A stretch of DNA of 64,000 bases from an uncultured Acidobacteriota bacterium (GTDB lineage: Bacteria; Acidobacteriota; Thermoanaerobaculia; Gp7-AA8). A program made the position numbers and the translations under genes. Below are positions 36,741 to 46,987 of the stretch, one piece after another. The stretch lies in contig CAWGHO010000003.1 of the NCBI GenBank assembly GCA_963822445.1, forward strand, positions 160,001-224,000. Reading direction: 5' to 3'. How positions within the stretch are numbered: the first letter of the stretch is position 1; each line of letters starts with the position of its first letter. The notes below the pieces were generated by a model. That model had not been told where the DNA came from. It was given only the letters and a program-made list of their open reading frames with translations, and did no database searches.

Positions 36741-38645
36741 ATGGCGAGTGATGCGACCCGTTCTGCCGAGTATGAGTACGTCGTAGTTGGATCGGGAGCC
36801 GGCGGCGGGACGCTCGCCGCACGGCTCGCCGAATACGGGCACAAGGTGTTGTTGCTCGAGGCCGGCGGCGATCCGATGAAGTTGCAGGGATCGGATCCCG
36901 CCTACCCGGACAAGGAACGGTTACCCGAGGATTACGAGGTACCGGTCTTCCATCCGTTTGCTTCTGAAAACTCGGCGATGTCGTGGGACTTCTTCGTCCG
37001 CCACTACACCAATCAGCAGCTGCAGGAAAAAGATCCCAAGTGGGTCAAGGACTTCGACGGCAAGCCGGTCAACGGCGTCCTCTATCCACGCGCCGGCACG
37101 CTCGGCGGCTGCACCGCGCACAACGCGCAAATCATGGTTTACCCCCAGAACGACGACTGGAAGTTCATGGAGACCCTCACCGGCGACAGCTCCTGGTCGC
37201 CGGAGAACATGCGCCAGTACTTCGTGCGGATGGAGAACTGCCGCCACCGCCCGGGCTGGCGCTTTCTGTACAACTTGCTGCGCATCAATCCCACGAAGCA
37301 TGGTTTCCGAGGATGGCTGAGCACGGAAAAGGCGCTACCTGAGGCGGCGCTCGAGGACAAGGGGATCCAGGAGTTCATTGCCGAGACCATCGCCGCGGAG
37401 ATCGAAGACGAAGGCTCGTCGCTTGCCGAGCGTCTGAAGTGGCAGGTCCGCGGCCACGCCGATCCCAACGACTGGCGTCTGGTCAAAGACGAATCGACGG
37501 GCCTCCGTTACCCGCCGCTCTCCACGCACAAACATCGCCGGATCGGTGCGCGCGAGCGGGTAATCGACGTCGCCGCGAAACATCCCGACAAGCTGACCGT
37601 GGAGCTCGACGCGCTCGTGTCGCGCGTTCTTTTCGACGATCAGAACCGCGCCATCGGCGTCGAATACATCAAAGGCGCACGGCTCTATCGCGCCAGCCGC
37701 AAGCCCAATCCCGATCCCGGCCAGGTCAAACAGGTCTACGTCTCGGGCGAGGTCATTCTCTGCGGTGGTGCGTACAACACGCCGCAGATGCTGATGCTCT
37801 CCGGCATCGGGCCGAAGGAACATCTCGAGAAATTCAACATCCCCGTGCGCGTCGACCTGCCGGGCGTCGGCTCCAACCTGCAGGACCGCTACGAGGTCGG
37901 CGTCGTCAATCGGATGAACTTTCCGGAATGGTGGTGCCTCAAGGGCGCCAACTTCGAGAAGGGCGATCCGCAATACGAGCAGTGGACGAAGGGGAAGGGC
38001 GTCTACACGACCAACGGCGCGGTTGCGGCGATCATCAAACGATCCGCCAAAGAACGCCCGACGCCGGACCTGTTCATCTTCGCCCTCCTCGGATTTTTCC
38101 GCGGCTACTTCCCCGGATATTCGAAGATCTTCAAGGAAAAGAAGAACTACCTGACCTGGGCCATCCTCAAGGCCCAGACCCAGAACTGCGCCGGTCAGGT
38201 GCGGCTGCTCTCCAACGATCCGCGCGACGTGCCGTACATCGACTTCTGCTACTTCACCGAAGGCAACGACGTCGAGGGAACCGATCTCGCCTCGGTCGTC
38301 GAGGGCATCAAGTTCGTGCGCAAGCTGACCGAGAAGATGCGCAAGGAAGGCTTCATCGCCGCCGAAGAGCTGCCCGGTCCGGACGTCAACACCGATGAGG
38401 AGATCGCCGACTTCGTGCAGACCCACGCCTGGGGCCATCACGCGTCCTGCAGTTGCCCGATGGGCGTCCGTGACAAGGGCGGCGTGGTCAACACCAACTT
38501 CCAGGTCTACGGAACGAAGGGTCTGCGGATCGTCGACGCCTCGATCTTCCCGAAGATCCCCGGCTTCTTCATCGTCACCTCGGTCTATATGATCGGCGAG
38601 AAGGCCGCGGACGTGATTCACGCCGCGTCAGGGAAGGCATCGTAA
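36741..38645 (+). CDS. GMC family FAD oxidoreductase
   Basis: [49 protein letters not shown]. Confidence 0.93.
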   Translation: MASDATRSAEYEYVVVGSGAGGGTLAARLAEYGHKVLLLEAGGDPMKLQGSDPAYPDKERLPEDYEVPVFHPFASENSAMSWDFFVRHYTNQQLQEKDPKWVKDFDGKPVNGVLYPRAGTLGGCTAHNAQIMVYPQNDDWKFMETLTGDSSWSPENMRQYFVRMENCRHRPGWRFLYNLLRINPTKHGFRGWLSTEKALPEAALEDKGIQEFIAETIAAEIEDEGSSLAERLKWQVRGHADPNDWRLVKDESTGLRYPPLSTHKHRRIGARERVIDVAAKHPDKLTVELDALVSRVLFDDQNRAIGVEYIKGARLYRASRKPNPDPGQVKQVYVSGEVILCGGAYNTPQMLMLSGIGPKEHLEKFNIPVRVDLPGVGSNLQDRYEVGVVNRMNFPEWWCLKGANFEKGDPQYEQWTKGKGVYTTNGAVAAIIKRSAKERPTPDLFIFALLGFFRGYFPGYSKIFKEKKNYLTWAILKAQTQNCAGQVRLLSNDPRDVPYIDFCYFTEGNDVEGTDLASVVEGIKFVRKLTEKMRKEGFIAAEELPGPDVNTDEEIADFVQTHAWGHHASCSCPMGVRDKGGVVNTNFQVYGTKGLRIVDASIFPKIPGFFIVTSVYMIGEKAADVIHAASGKAS

Positions 38646-39763
38646 TGCGATCGACTGTTGCGCTCTGTCTCGTGTTGTTCGCATTTGGCGCCTTCGCGTC
38701 CGATCACGCCGATCCGGCCGTGCTCGCGACCAAAGAGGCCGGCCTGACCGATCTCTTCTTCTATCCGAACGGCGACGAGTACATCCTGATGCTCTGCGTG
38801 CGGCCGGCACTCACCGCAAACCCGCCGTACAACCTCGAGCCCTTCACCTACAAGATCAACTTCGATCTGCACACCGGTCTCTCCTTCGACAACGCCGCGG
38901 ACAAGGCCCGCTACGGCGGCACGGTCATCAACCCGTCGAGCATCAAGCCGGACGTGACCATCACCTACACGCTCAACAACGACGCCACGCTCAAGTCGAA
39001 GACCATCACCGGCCTCACCAATCCCGAGCGCATCAGGGTCTACACCGGCGTGCGCGACGATCCGTTCATCTTCCCGAAATTCTTCGGCAAGAACACCATC
39101 GCCGCGGTCTTCTCCATCCCCAAGTCGTCGTTCCCGGCCGCACAGGAGAACTTCATCATCTACGGCGAGGCCTGGGAGCATGGCGACGAGCTGGTGGACA
39201 CCGTCGGCCGCTCGAATCGCAGCCAGAACGGCCGCTATCAGTTCCTGACCACCGTGCCCGTTCCGAAGCAGGTCGCGAAGCTGAAGGAGGAGTACGACAA
39301 GACCACGAAGATCTTCAACTTCCTCAATCGCGAAACGAAGACCCAGGGTCTGGCCGCGGCGTATCACAACCTGCTGCAGCTCTATCCCTACGACCTGACC
39401 AATCCCGACGTGATGATCTTCACCACGAAGTTCCCACCGGGATATCCGAATGGCCGCCTGCTGACCGACGACGTGGCCTACATCAGCTGTCAGTACGGCG
39501 ACTGCGCGCTCATGTCGCTGTCCTACGCCGAGAGTCCGCAGTTCCCGCGCGCGACGGTGAACGACAAGCCGTTCATGCCCGACTTCCCCTTCCTCGCCGA
39601 TCCCTGGCCGCCGTCCCCCGCGCCGCCGATGAAGGGTTTCGGCTGCACCACCATCCTCTGGATCGCGCTGATCCTGACCGTGGCCCTGGTGATCGTGTTG
39701 TGGATCGTGTCGCGGAAGAAGTGGAAGCACCAGTATCCGACGGTCGATCCCGCGAAGCTTTAA
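38645..39763 (+). CDS. DUF4331-like secreted protein with C-terminal TM anchor
   Basis: Signal peptide then SDHADP; GVRDDPF; GYPNGRLLTDDV; TAATG overlap with the GMC stop. Confidence 0.75.
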   Translation: MRSTVALCLVLFAFGAFASDHADPAVLATKEAGLTDLFFYPNGDEYILMLCVRPALTANPPYNLEPFTYKINFDLHTGLSFDNAADKARYGGTVINPSSIKPDVTITYTLNNDATLKSKTITGLTNPERIRVYTGVRDDPFIFPKFFGKNTIAAVFSIPKSSFPAAQENFIIYGEAWEHGDELVDTVGRSNRSQNGRYQFLTTVPVPKQVAKLKEEYDKTTKIFNFLNRETKTQGLAAAYHNLLQLYPYDLTNPDVMIFTTKFPPGYPNGRLLTDDVAYISCQYGDCALMSLSYAESPQFPRATVNDKPFMPDFPFLADPWPPSPAPPMKGFGCTTILWIALILTVALVIVLWIVSRKKWKHQYPTVDPAKL

Positions 39764-39838
39764 TGCCGTAGGACGATTACGTCTTGCGCCGCGGAGCGCG
39801 GGCGCGATAGAAGTGCCTCTGAAAAGAGGCAGTTCGTC

Positions 39839-42800
39839 ATGTCGTTATTTTTCAGATATTTGTGTGTCTTTGCCTTCTTCTGTTCTTGGGATGTCGCCGC
39901 CCAGCAGGCAGATCTCGCGGTCGTGAAAACCGGCACGACCAAGGCCAGCCGTGGCGAGCAGGTGTCCTACAACGTCCTGCTGACGAACGAAGGTCCGAAC
40001 GATGCCATCTCCGTCACGATGGTCGATCAGATTCCCGACGGCATGACGTTCGTCTCGGCGACCCAGAATGACGGACCGGCCTTCAACTGCCCCCTGCCGC
40101 CTGTGGGCTCGACGGGCTCGATCAATTGCACGAACGTGCTCTTCGCCGCAGGCGCCTCGGCCACGTTCACCTTTGTCTTCGCCATCGATGAGAACGTGGC
40201 CCTCGGCACGATTTTCACCAATATCGCCACGGCCAGCTCGCAAACACCCGATCCCGACAACTCCAACAACTCCAGCGAGGCCGTCACGGTGATGCCGGCC
40301 GCTGACCTGGAGGTGATCAAGACCGGTCCCGCGACTGCTTCAGCGGGGAGCGACGTCACCTACATGATCGAAGTGACCAACGACGGTCCCGATGAAGCGG
40401 TGTCCGTTGTGCTCGATGATGACATTCCCGCTGGTATGACCTTCGTCTCGGCGACCGCGCCCGCGGGATTCTCCTGCACCGACCCGGGCGTGGGACTCGG
40501 CGGCACCGTCACCTGCACAGCCACGACGCTGGGCATCGGTGCAAGTGCGACGTTCACGTTCGTGTTCAACATCGACGGGGCCACGCCGCCCGGCACGATC
40601 TTCAGCAATGTCGCCGAGGTTGCGAGCAAGGAGGAGGACGAACCGGTGATGTTCGATCCGAACGAGGAGAACAACTCCTCGGTCGTCGTGACCGTCGTTC
40701 CCTTTCCTCCCCAGGCCGACCTCGGCGTGATGAAGTCCGGGCCTGGCGCGGCCGGGCCGGACACCGATGTCACGTACACGATTTCGCTGACGAACGGCGG
40801 ACCCGCTGCAGCGACGAATGTCTCCCTCACGGACACGCTTCCGGGGACCATGACTTTCGTCTCGCTCGCCCAGACCGGCCCGGCGCTGAACTGCACCACT
40901 CCCGCGGTCGGCGCTGGCGGCACGGTGACCTGCACCGCCGCGAGCTTCCCGGCCGGGCAGACGGCGACGCTCACGCTCATCGCGCACATACCGGCGGACA
41001 CGCCTTCCGGCACGGAGTACTCGAACCAGGCCGTCGTGAATTCGGACCAGGACCCGAACGAAGAGAACGACGTCGCCACCGCCGCGACGATCGTCTCGGC
41101 GGTGGACATCTCCGTGGTCAAGAGCACCGCGGCGACCGCGGTCAATGCGGGAGACACCATCAGCTACACGATCAACGTCGCGAACGCCGGTCCTGATGCG
41201 GCGTTGACGGTGACGCTCGTCGATCAGCTTCCGCCGGGGACGACCTTTGTTTCGTTCATACAGAACAACGGCCCGTTCGCGGAGTGCACCCGGCCTCAGG
41301 TGGGCGCGTCCGGCACGGTCCAATGCACGTTCCCCATGGGCATTGGCGGCACCGCACAATTCACGCTGCAGATCCTCGCCGGCGACACGACGTCCATCAC
41401 CAACACCGCCGTGGTGACGACGGAAAACTTCGACGTCGACAACTCCGACAACAGCTCGAGCGTCACCACTCCCGTGACGCCGCAGGCGAATCTCGCCGTG
41501 GCGAAGAGCGGTCCGGCGACGATCACCGCCGGCACGGACGTGACCTACACAGTCACGCTCACCAACAACGGGCCGTCGACCGCGTCGAATGTCGCGCTGA
41601 CTGACGACGTGCCGGCTGGCATGACGTTCGTGTCCGCGACGCAGAACACCGGACCGACCTTCATCTGCGGCGGGGGAGCGACGATCACCTGCACGATCGG
41701 GACGTTCGCTCCGAGCGCGACGGCGACGTTCACCTTCGTCATGCACGTCGCGCCGTCGGCCACGGGATCGATTGACAACGTCGCCACCGTTGCGGCCACG
41801 ACCGCCGATCCCGCGGGCGGCAATAACACGTCAACTGTTTCGTCGACCGTCACGACGAGCGCGAATCTCGCGGTGGTGAAGAGCGGTCCGGCCTCCGCGG
41901 TCGCCGGTGAAACGGTGACGTACACCATCACCGCGAGCAATGCCGGTCCGTCCACGGCGGTGAATGTGACCGTCTCGGACATCCTGCCGCCGAACACCAC
42001 GTTCGTCTCCGCCACTCCGAATTGCAGCGAGGCCGCCGGTACGATTACCTGCACCATCGCCTCGTTCGATCCATCCGCGACAGCGACGTTCACATTCGTA
42101 TTTGCCGTCTCGCCGACGGCGACCGGCTCCGTCGTCAACACCGCCTCGATCACGTCCCCGACTCCTGACCCGGCGCCCACGAACAACAGTTCAACGACCA
42201 CGGCCAGCCTGAGCTCGAGCGCGGACGTGAGCGTGACCAAGAGCGGACCGGCTGCCGTCGCGGCCGGATCGAACGCGACCTACACCGTCACAGTTGCCAA
42301 CGCCGGTCCGTCGACCGCGTCGAACGTCACACTCACTGACACGCTCCCGCCAAATGCCACGTTCGTCTCCGTGGAACAGACCGCCGGTCCCACGTTCAAC
42401 TGCACGCCGCCCGCTGTGGGAACGACCGGTCAGCTCGTCTGCACGATCGCCGCGCTCGCTCCGGCGGCTCCGGCGACCTTCACCATCGTCGTGAACGCGA
42501 ACGCCGGCGCGTCGGGCACGGTCGACAACACCGCCACCGTGTCCTCGTCGACCGCCGATCCGAATGCGGCGAACAACACCGCGACGTCGAGCGCCGGTAT
42601 CGATCCCGGACCGACCGACCTCACCATCACCAAGACCGCGAGCGGCGACCGCTTCGGCGCGGGCAGCGCGGTGACCTACACCATCGCCGTCACGAACAAC
42701 GGCCCGAGCGTCGCCTTCGGCACGACGGTCACCGATGTTCTTCCCGCCGGAACCACCCTGCTCTCGGCGACCCCGAGCCAGGGCACCTGCACCGGCACGA

Positions 42801-43063
42801 CAACCGTCGTCTGCACCCTCGGCACACTGGCGCCGTCATCGTCGGCGACGGTGATTCTCGAGGTCCGGCTGCCGCTCACCATGGGCTCGGTCTCCAATAC
42901 CGCGAGCGTCTCCGCGGCGAACCTCGACACCAACGGCGCGAACAACGCTTCCACTACGGCTCTGGCCGTCGTCTCCGAGATTCCGTCGTTGTCCGAGTAC
43001 GGACTGATGCTGCTGGCTATGATGCTTGCGATGATTGGGATGGTGACCCTGCGGATCAGATAG
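39839..43063 (+). CDS. Surface protein with eight DUF11 repeats and IPTL-CTERM
   Basis: Eight ADLxVxK...NxGP...DPxxxNN-type repeats; tail IPSLSEYGLMLLAMMLAMIGMVTLRIR. Confidence 0.9.
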   Translation: MSLFFRYLCVFAFFCSWDVAAQQADLAVVKTGTTKASRGEQVSYNVLLTNEGPNDAISVTMVDQIPDGMTFVSATQNDGPAFNCPLPPVGSTGSINCTNVLFAAGASATFTFVFAIDENVALGTIFTNIATASSQTPDPDNSNNSSEAVTVMPAADLEVIKTGPATASAGSDVTYMIEVTNDGPDEAVSVVLDDDIPAGMTFVSATAPAGFSCTDPGVGLGGTVTCTATTLGIGASATFTFVFNIDGATPPGTIFSNVAEVASKEEDEPVMFDPNEENNSSVVVTVVPFPPQADLGVMKSGPGAAGPDTDVTYTISLTNGGPAAATNVSLTDTLPGTMTFVSLAQTGPALNCTTPAVGAGGTVTCTAASFPAGQTATLTLIAHIPADTPSGTEYSNQAVVNSDQDPNEENDVATAATIVSAVDISVVKSTAATAVNAGDTISYTINVANAGPDAALTVTLVDQLPPGTTFVSFIQNNGPFAECTRPQVGASGTVQCTFPMGIGGTAQFTLQILAGDTTSITNTAVVTTENFDVDNSDNSSSVTTPVTPQANLAVAKSGPATITAGTDVTYTVTLTNNGPSTASNVALTDDVPAGMTFVSATQNTGPTFICGGGATITCTIGTFAPSATATFTFVMHVAPSATGSIDNVATVAATTADPAGGNNTSTVSSTVTTSANLAVVKSGPASAVAGETVTYTITASNAGPSTAVNVTVSDILPPNTTFVSATPNCSEAAGTITCTIASFDPSATATFTFVFAVSPTATGSVVNTASITSPTPDPAPTNNSSTTTASLSSSADVSVTKSGPAAVAAGSNATYTVTVANAGPSTASNVTLTDTLPPNATFVSVEQTAGPTFNCTPPAVGTTGQLVCTIAALAPAAPATFTIVVNANAGASGTVDNTATVSSSTADPNAANNTATSSAGIDPGPTDLTITKTASGDRFGAGSAVTYTIAVTNNGPSVAFGTTVTDVLPAGTTLLSATPSQGTCTGTTTVVCTLGTLAPSSSATVILEVRLPLTMGSVSNTASVSAANLDTNGANNASTTALAVVSEIPSLSEYGLMLLAMMLAMIGMVTLRIR

Positions 43064-43073
43064 GAGATCAATC

Positions 43074-43781
43074 ATGCTCGCACTCGTTCTCAGCTCGCTG
43101 CTCGCATTTGCACCGCCGGCAGATGCTGCCGCTGCGGATCTCACCGGCGCGTGGAAGCACGTCCGCGAAGACGGCGCGACCGGTGTCTGGATCCTCACCG
43201 GCGACCATTTCTCGATCGCCTGGTACAAGAGCGATCCGGCAAAGTTCATCTACACCGAAGGCGGGAGCTGGTCGAAGAGCGACGACGGGATCTCGCTGAC
43301 CTACGAATTCGATACCGCCACTCCTGCACGCGTCGGAACCTCGCGCACGATCGTCGTCAAAGCATCGGCCGATCGCATGACCGCCGACGGCGCGAACTGG
43401 ACGCGCATCGACAAAGGCGTGCCCGGCGCACTCGAAGGCGCGTGGCTGATGACCGGTCGCAAACGCAACGGCGAGATCACCACCCGCAAACCGGGCGCGC
43501 GCCGGACGATGAAAATCCTTTCCGGCACGCGCTTCCAGTGGATCGCCTACAACGTCGAGACGAAAGAGTTCTTCGGGAGCGGGGGAGGGACGTACAGCAC
43601 CGCCGACGACGGCAAGTACACCGAGAACATCGAGTTCTTCTCGCGCGACGACGCCAAAACCGGCCGCAGTCTCGAATTCCAGTACGACATGGTCGAAGAG
43701 GCGTGGCATCACATCGGGAAGAGCACCGCCGGCGAGCCGATGCACGAGGTCTGGAACCGCCGCGAAAAACTCGGCATCTAG
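43074..43781 (+). CDS. Secreted protein with two lipocalin-like (LxGAW) repeats
   Basis: Signal peptide; LTGAW and LEGAW; GGGTY, YTENIEFFSRD. Confidence 0.7.
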   Translation: MLALVLSSLLAFAPPADAAAADLTGAWKHVREDGATGVWILTGDHFSIAWYKSDPAKFIYTEGGSWSKSDDGISLTYEFDTATPARVGTSRTIVVKASADRMTADGANWTRIDKGVPGALEGAWLMTGRKRNGEITTRKPGARRTMKILSGTRFQWIAYNVETKEFFGSGGGTYSTADDGKYTENIEFFSRDDAKTGRSLEFQYDMVEEAWHHIGKSTAGEPMHEVWNRREKLGI

Positions 43782-44612
43782 ATGTGCCCCGTCTGCGGAG
43801 GAGAGCGGTTCGCGTCGTCGACGATCGCCGGACTCGATCTTCGCCGCTGCCGCACTTGCGGATTGCGCATCAGCGCGATCGCCGGCGGAGCGGGAACGAA
43901 TTACGCCGACGTCGATGACGAGGCGTACCTCCAGTCGATTGGCCGCGTGCGCCGCGAGCAGGGCCAGGCGATCGTCGCCTTCGTTCGCGAGCATGAGCGC
44001 GGCGGCGAATGGCTCGACGTCGGCTGCGGCTTCGGTTACGTGCTCGAAGCCGCGCGCGCGGCAGGCTTTCGCGTTCGCGGTCTCGAGCCCGATGCGAAAG
44101 CAGCGAAGGCCGCGCGCGACCGCGTCGGCAACGTCGAACAGGGAGTGCTGGACGAACGCACTCCCGCCGCCGACATCCTCTCCACCCTCGATGTCATCGA
44201 ACATCTTCACGACCTCAACGCCTTCGCCGAACTGGTGAAACGGAAAGCGCGCGCGATGTGGGTGATCAAAGTCCCGTCCAGCGAAGGCGCGTTCTTCCGC
44301 ATCGCCCACGCCCTGCGCATCGGCAGGGCGGTGAAGCGCCTCTGGCAATCCGAGTACGAGCATCCGCACCGCGTCTACTTCGATCAACCGTCGCTCACCC
44401 GATTCCTCACCAGACACGAATTCGAGGTCGTCGCCGTCCGCTATCTCCCGGAGATGCCGACGAGCACCGTCGTCGATCGCCTGACCCTCGACGGACGCGT
44501 CCCGCGGTGGAAAGCGCGACTCGCGCTGCCGCTCTTCTTCGCCGTGAATCTCCTCGAGCGCATGCGAGGGAAATCGGACGCGATCGTAGTCCTCGCCGTC
44601 AGACGCGTTTGA
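43782..44612 (+). CDS. Class I SAM-dependent methyltransferase with N-terminal Zn ribbon
   Basis: CPVC..CRTC; LDVGCGFG; DVIEH. Confidence 0.85.
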   Translation: MCPVCGGERFASSTIAGLDLRRCRTCGLRISAIAGGAGTNYADVDDEAYLQSIGRVRREQGQAIVAFVREHERGGEWLDVGCGFGYVLEAARAAGFRVRGLEPDAKAAKAARDRVGNVEQGVLDERTPAADILSTLDVIEHLHDLNAFAELVKRKARAMWVIKVPSSEGAFFRIAHALRIGRAVKRLWQSEYEHPHRVYFDQPSLTRFLTRHEFEVVAVRYLPEMPTSTVVDRLTLDGRVPRWKARLALPLFFAVNLLERMRGKSDAIVVLAVRRV

Positions 44613-46134
44613 CCGGCAACCGCACCTCGATGCGCGCACCGCGCGGTTCGAGATTCACCGCACGGATGCTTCCGCCGTAGCCTTCGACGACAGCGAGGGC
44701 GATGGCTAGTCCGAGGCCGTCGTGGTTGGCGCGGTCTTCGTGGTCGGGGCGGAACGAGAAGAAGCGGTCGAACACACGATCGAGATGCTCCGGTGGAATG
44801 CCCGGCCCTTCATCGTCGACGTGAATGACAGCCTCGGCACCCTGTTCCCGCACGGTGATGAGTACGCGACCGGGCGAAAAACTCACCGCGTTGTCGAGGA
44901 TGTTGCCGAAGGCTTGAGCCAGGTGATCTTCCGACGCGGCGATCACGATTGGTGTCGCCGGCATGGCCAGCTCCACATTCGCCCGCGTTTGTGCGAGCTC
45001 CGCCAGCACCGAATTCAGGTCGACCGGCGTCGCGGCCTCGGTATCGAGCGCGGCGTCGATCTTCGAGACCTCGCGAACGGCGTTGAGCAGGCGGTTCAGC
45101 CGCGTCACTTCCTTCTCGATCGTCCCGCCGAGCTGTTCCCGCTCTTCGGGATCGGACGTATGCGGCAGCAACTCCGCGGCGCTGCGAATCGACGCCAGCG
45201 GGTTCTTGAACTCGTGCGATACGTCTGCGGAGAAGCTCTCCACGAACACGAGATGCCGCTCCAGCCGCGCCGTCAGTTTCTCCAGCGCGCGGGTCAGATC
45301 GCCGATCTCGTCGCGGCGGTGCGATCCGCGAAACGTCTTCTTCAACCGGCCGCGGTGATCGAGCAGATCGTCGGCTTCGTCGCGCAGGCGAACCAGCGGC
45401 CTGGCGATCGTCGCGGCCATTAAAAGACTGAGCACGATCGCCGCGACGACGGAGAGCGCGAAAACGTTGATGGTGTCGAGCCGCACCCGCCACAGCGCGC
45501 GCAGAATTCGCGAAGTCGACTGCGAGACCATCACCGCGCCGATGACCTCGCCGTTTCCGCCGGCGCGAACGGGAAGCGCGCCGTAAAGTGTCAACGAGCG
45601 CTGGCCCGAGCTCTCGCGTAACGCCGCGCCATAACGTCCCGCCAGCGCTTTGCTGATGACATCGCGCGGCGTGACATCGGCGGTATCCGAGCTTGAAGAC
45701 CGTGGGGCGGGCTCGATGAAGTCGCGAACGGCGTTGAACGCCTTCCACAGCGCGACGCCGATTTTGTAGAGCAGACGTTTGCGCGACGCGACATCCGCTT
45801 CTTCGTACGCGTCCACGGTCTCGATCGTTCGCGGCCGGATCGTCGCCGAGTCCGCAAGCACCACACCCCGGCGATCGACGACGCGAATCCGCGCCTCGGA
45901 ATGGCCGCCGAGGCGTTCGATCAGGCCGCGGGCGGCTTCGGGGGTCAGGGCGGTGTGCTGAGAAAGCGCGGCCGAGACCAGACGGCCCTGCTGCACCATC
46001 GACCGCTCCTGCAAATCGAGAAGTTGCCGCTCCAGGCTGCGCAGCGAAAACAGACCGGCGATGGGGAGGAACACGAGCAGGACGTTGAACAGCAGCAGCC
46101 GCAGCGCGATCGGCGAGAGCCACTTGCGGATCAA
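44599..46134 (-). CDS. Sensor histidine kinase (ChvG/CreC-like)
   Basis: Two TMs, HAMP (DEIGDL), HEFKNPL, NILDNA, DEGPGI, GLGLAI. Confidence 0.92.
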   Translation of the reverse strand: MIRKWLSPIALRLLLFNVLLVFLPIAGLFSLRSLERQLLDLQERSMVQQGRLVSAALSQHTALTPEAARGLIERLGGHSEARIRVVDRRGVVLADSATIRPRTIETVDAYEEADVASRKRLLYKIGVALWKAFNAVRDFIEPAPRSSSSDTADVTPRDVISKALAGRYGAALRESSGQRSLTLYGALPVRAGGNGEVIGAVMVSQSTSRILRALWRVRLDTINVFALSVVAAIVLSLLMAATIARPLVRLRDEADDLLDHRGRLKKTFRGSHRRDEIGDLTRALEKLTARLERHLVFVESFSADVSHEFKNPLASIRSAAELLPHTSDPEEREQLGGTIEKEVTRLNRLLNAVREVSKIDAALDTEAATPVDLNSVLAELAQTRANVELAMPATPIVIAASEDHLAQAFGNILDNAVSFSPGRVLITVREQGAEAVIHVDDEGPGIPPEHLDRVFDRFFSFRPDHEDRANHDGLGLAIALAVVEGYGGSIRAVNLEPRGARIEVRLPVKRV

Positions 46135-46847
46135 GGTTCCACCCGGAAGCGGTAGCCGAGTCCGTGGACCGTCTCGATCGGATCCGAATCCGGCCTCGCG
46201 TCGGCGAGCTTCTTCCGCAGACGCTTGATGTGCGTGTCGATCGTGCGCTCGGCGACGTGCACGTCGTGCGGGTAAGACTCGCGAAGCAACTGGCCTCGCG
46301 ACTTCACGATGCCCGGCCGGCGCGCGAGGGATTCCAGCAGGTTGAACTCGGTGAGCGTGAGCGGCAGCGTTTGCGAGTGCCAGCGCGCCTCGAAGCGGCG
46401 GAGGTCGAGACGAAGGTTTCCTGACTCGACGATCTGATCCTCAGCTCCTTCTTCGGGCTGCTGCCGCAGGCGCGCGCGCCGCAGCAGTGCTTTCACGCGG
46501 GCGATCAGCTCGCGCAGCGCGAACGGTTTGCACAGGTAATCGTCGGCGCCGAGCTCGAGACCGATCACGCGATCGAGCTCCTCGTCCTTCGACGACAGAA
46601 TGAGGATCGGCAGGTGCTCGCTCCGCGCGCGAAGACGGCGGCAGAGCTCCAGACCGTCGAGGCGGGGCATGACGATGTCGAGGATGGCCAGATCGGGCAG
46701 CCCTCGCTCGAAGCGCGTCATGGCCTGCAGGCCGTCGGCGAACGTCTCCACGCGGAACCCGTCGCGCTGCAGGGCCAGGGCGACGGTCTTGCGCAGACTT
46801 TCCTCGTCGTCGACGAACGCAACGAGTGCTCCGGGCACGCTGCTCAT
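46131..46847 (-). CDS. OmpR-family response regulator (ChvI/CreB-like)
   Basis: VDDE, LDIVMP, GADDYLCKPF, RTIDTHIKRLR, GLGYRF. Confidence 0.92.
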   Translation of the reverse strand: MSSVPGALVAFVDDEESLRKTVALALQRDGFRVETFADGLQAMTRFERGLPDLAILDIVMPRLDGLELCRRLRARSEHLPILILSSKDEELDRVIGLELGADDYLCKPFALRELIARVKALLRRARLRQQPEEGAEDQIVESGNLRLDLRRFEARWHSQTLPLTLTEFNLLESLARRPGIVKSRGQLLRESYPHDVHVAERTIDTHIKRLRKKLADARPDSDPIETVHGLGYRFRVEP

Positions 46848-46888
46848 GACTCGCGAATCTAATCCAGAACGCCGCGGATCGAGGCCGT

Positions 46889-46927
46889 GCCACGAAATCG
46901 CCACATCTCTCCTTCGGAATGCCTCAC
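46889..46927 (+). promoter_or_regulatory. cre-tag-like direct repeats upstream of creD
   Basis: GCCAC-N6-GCCAC (11-bp period) plus CTCAC; compare the CreB site TTCAC-N6-TTCAC. Confidence 0.45.
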
Positions 46928-46987
46928 ATCGTTCGCGCGCGCGCAACGTCGTCGGGGCAACCTCGTCGAAGAAAAAGGAGAGCAATC

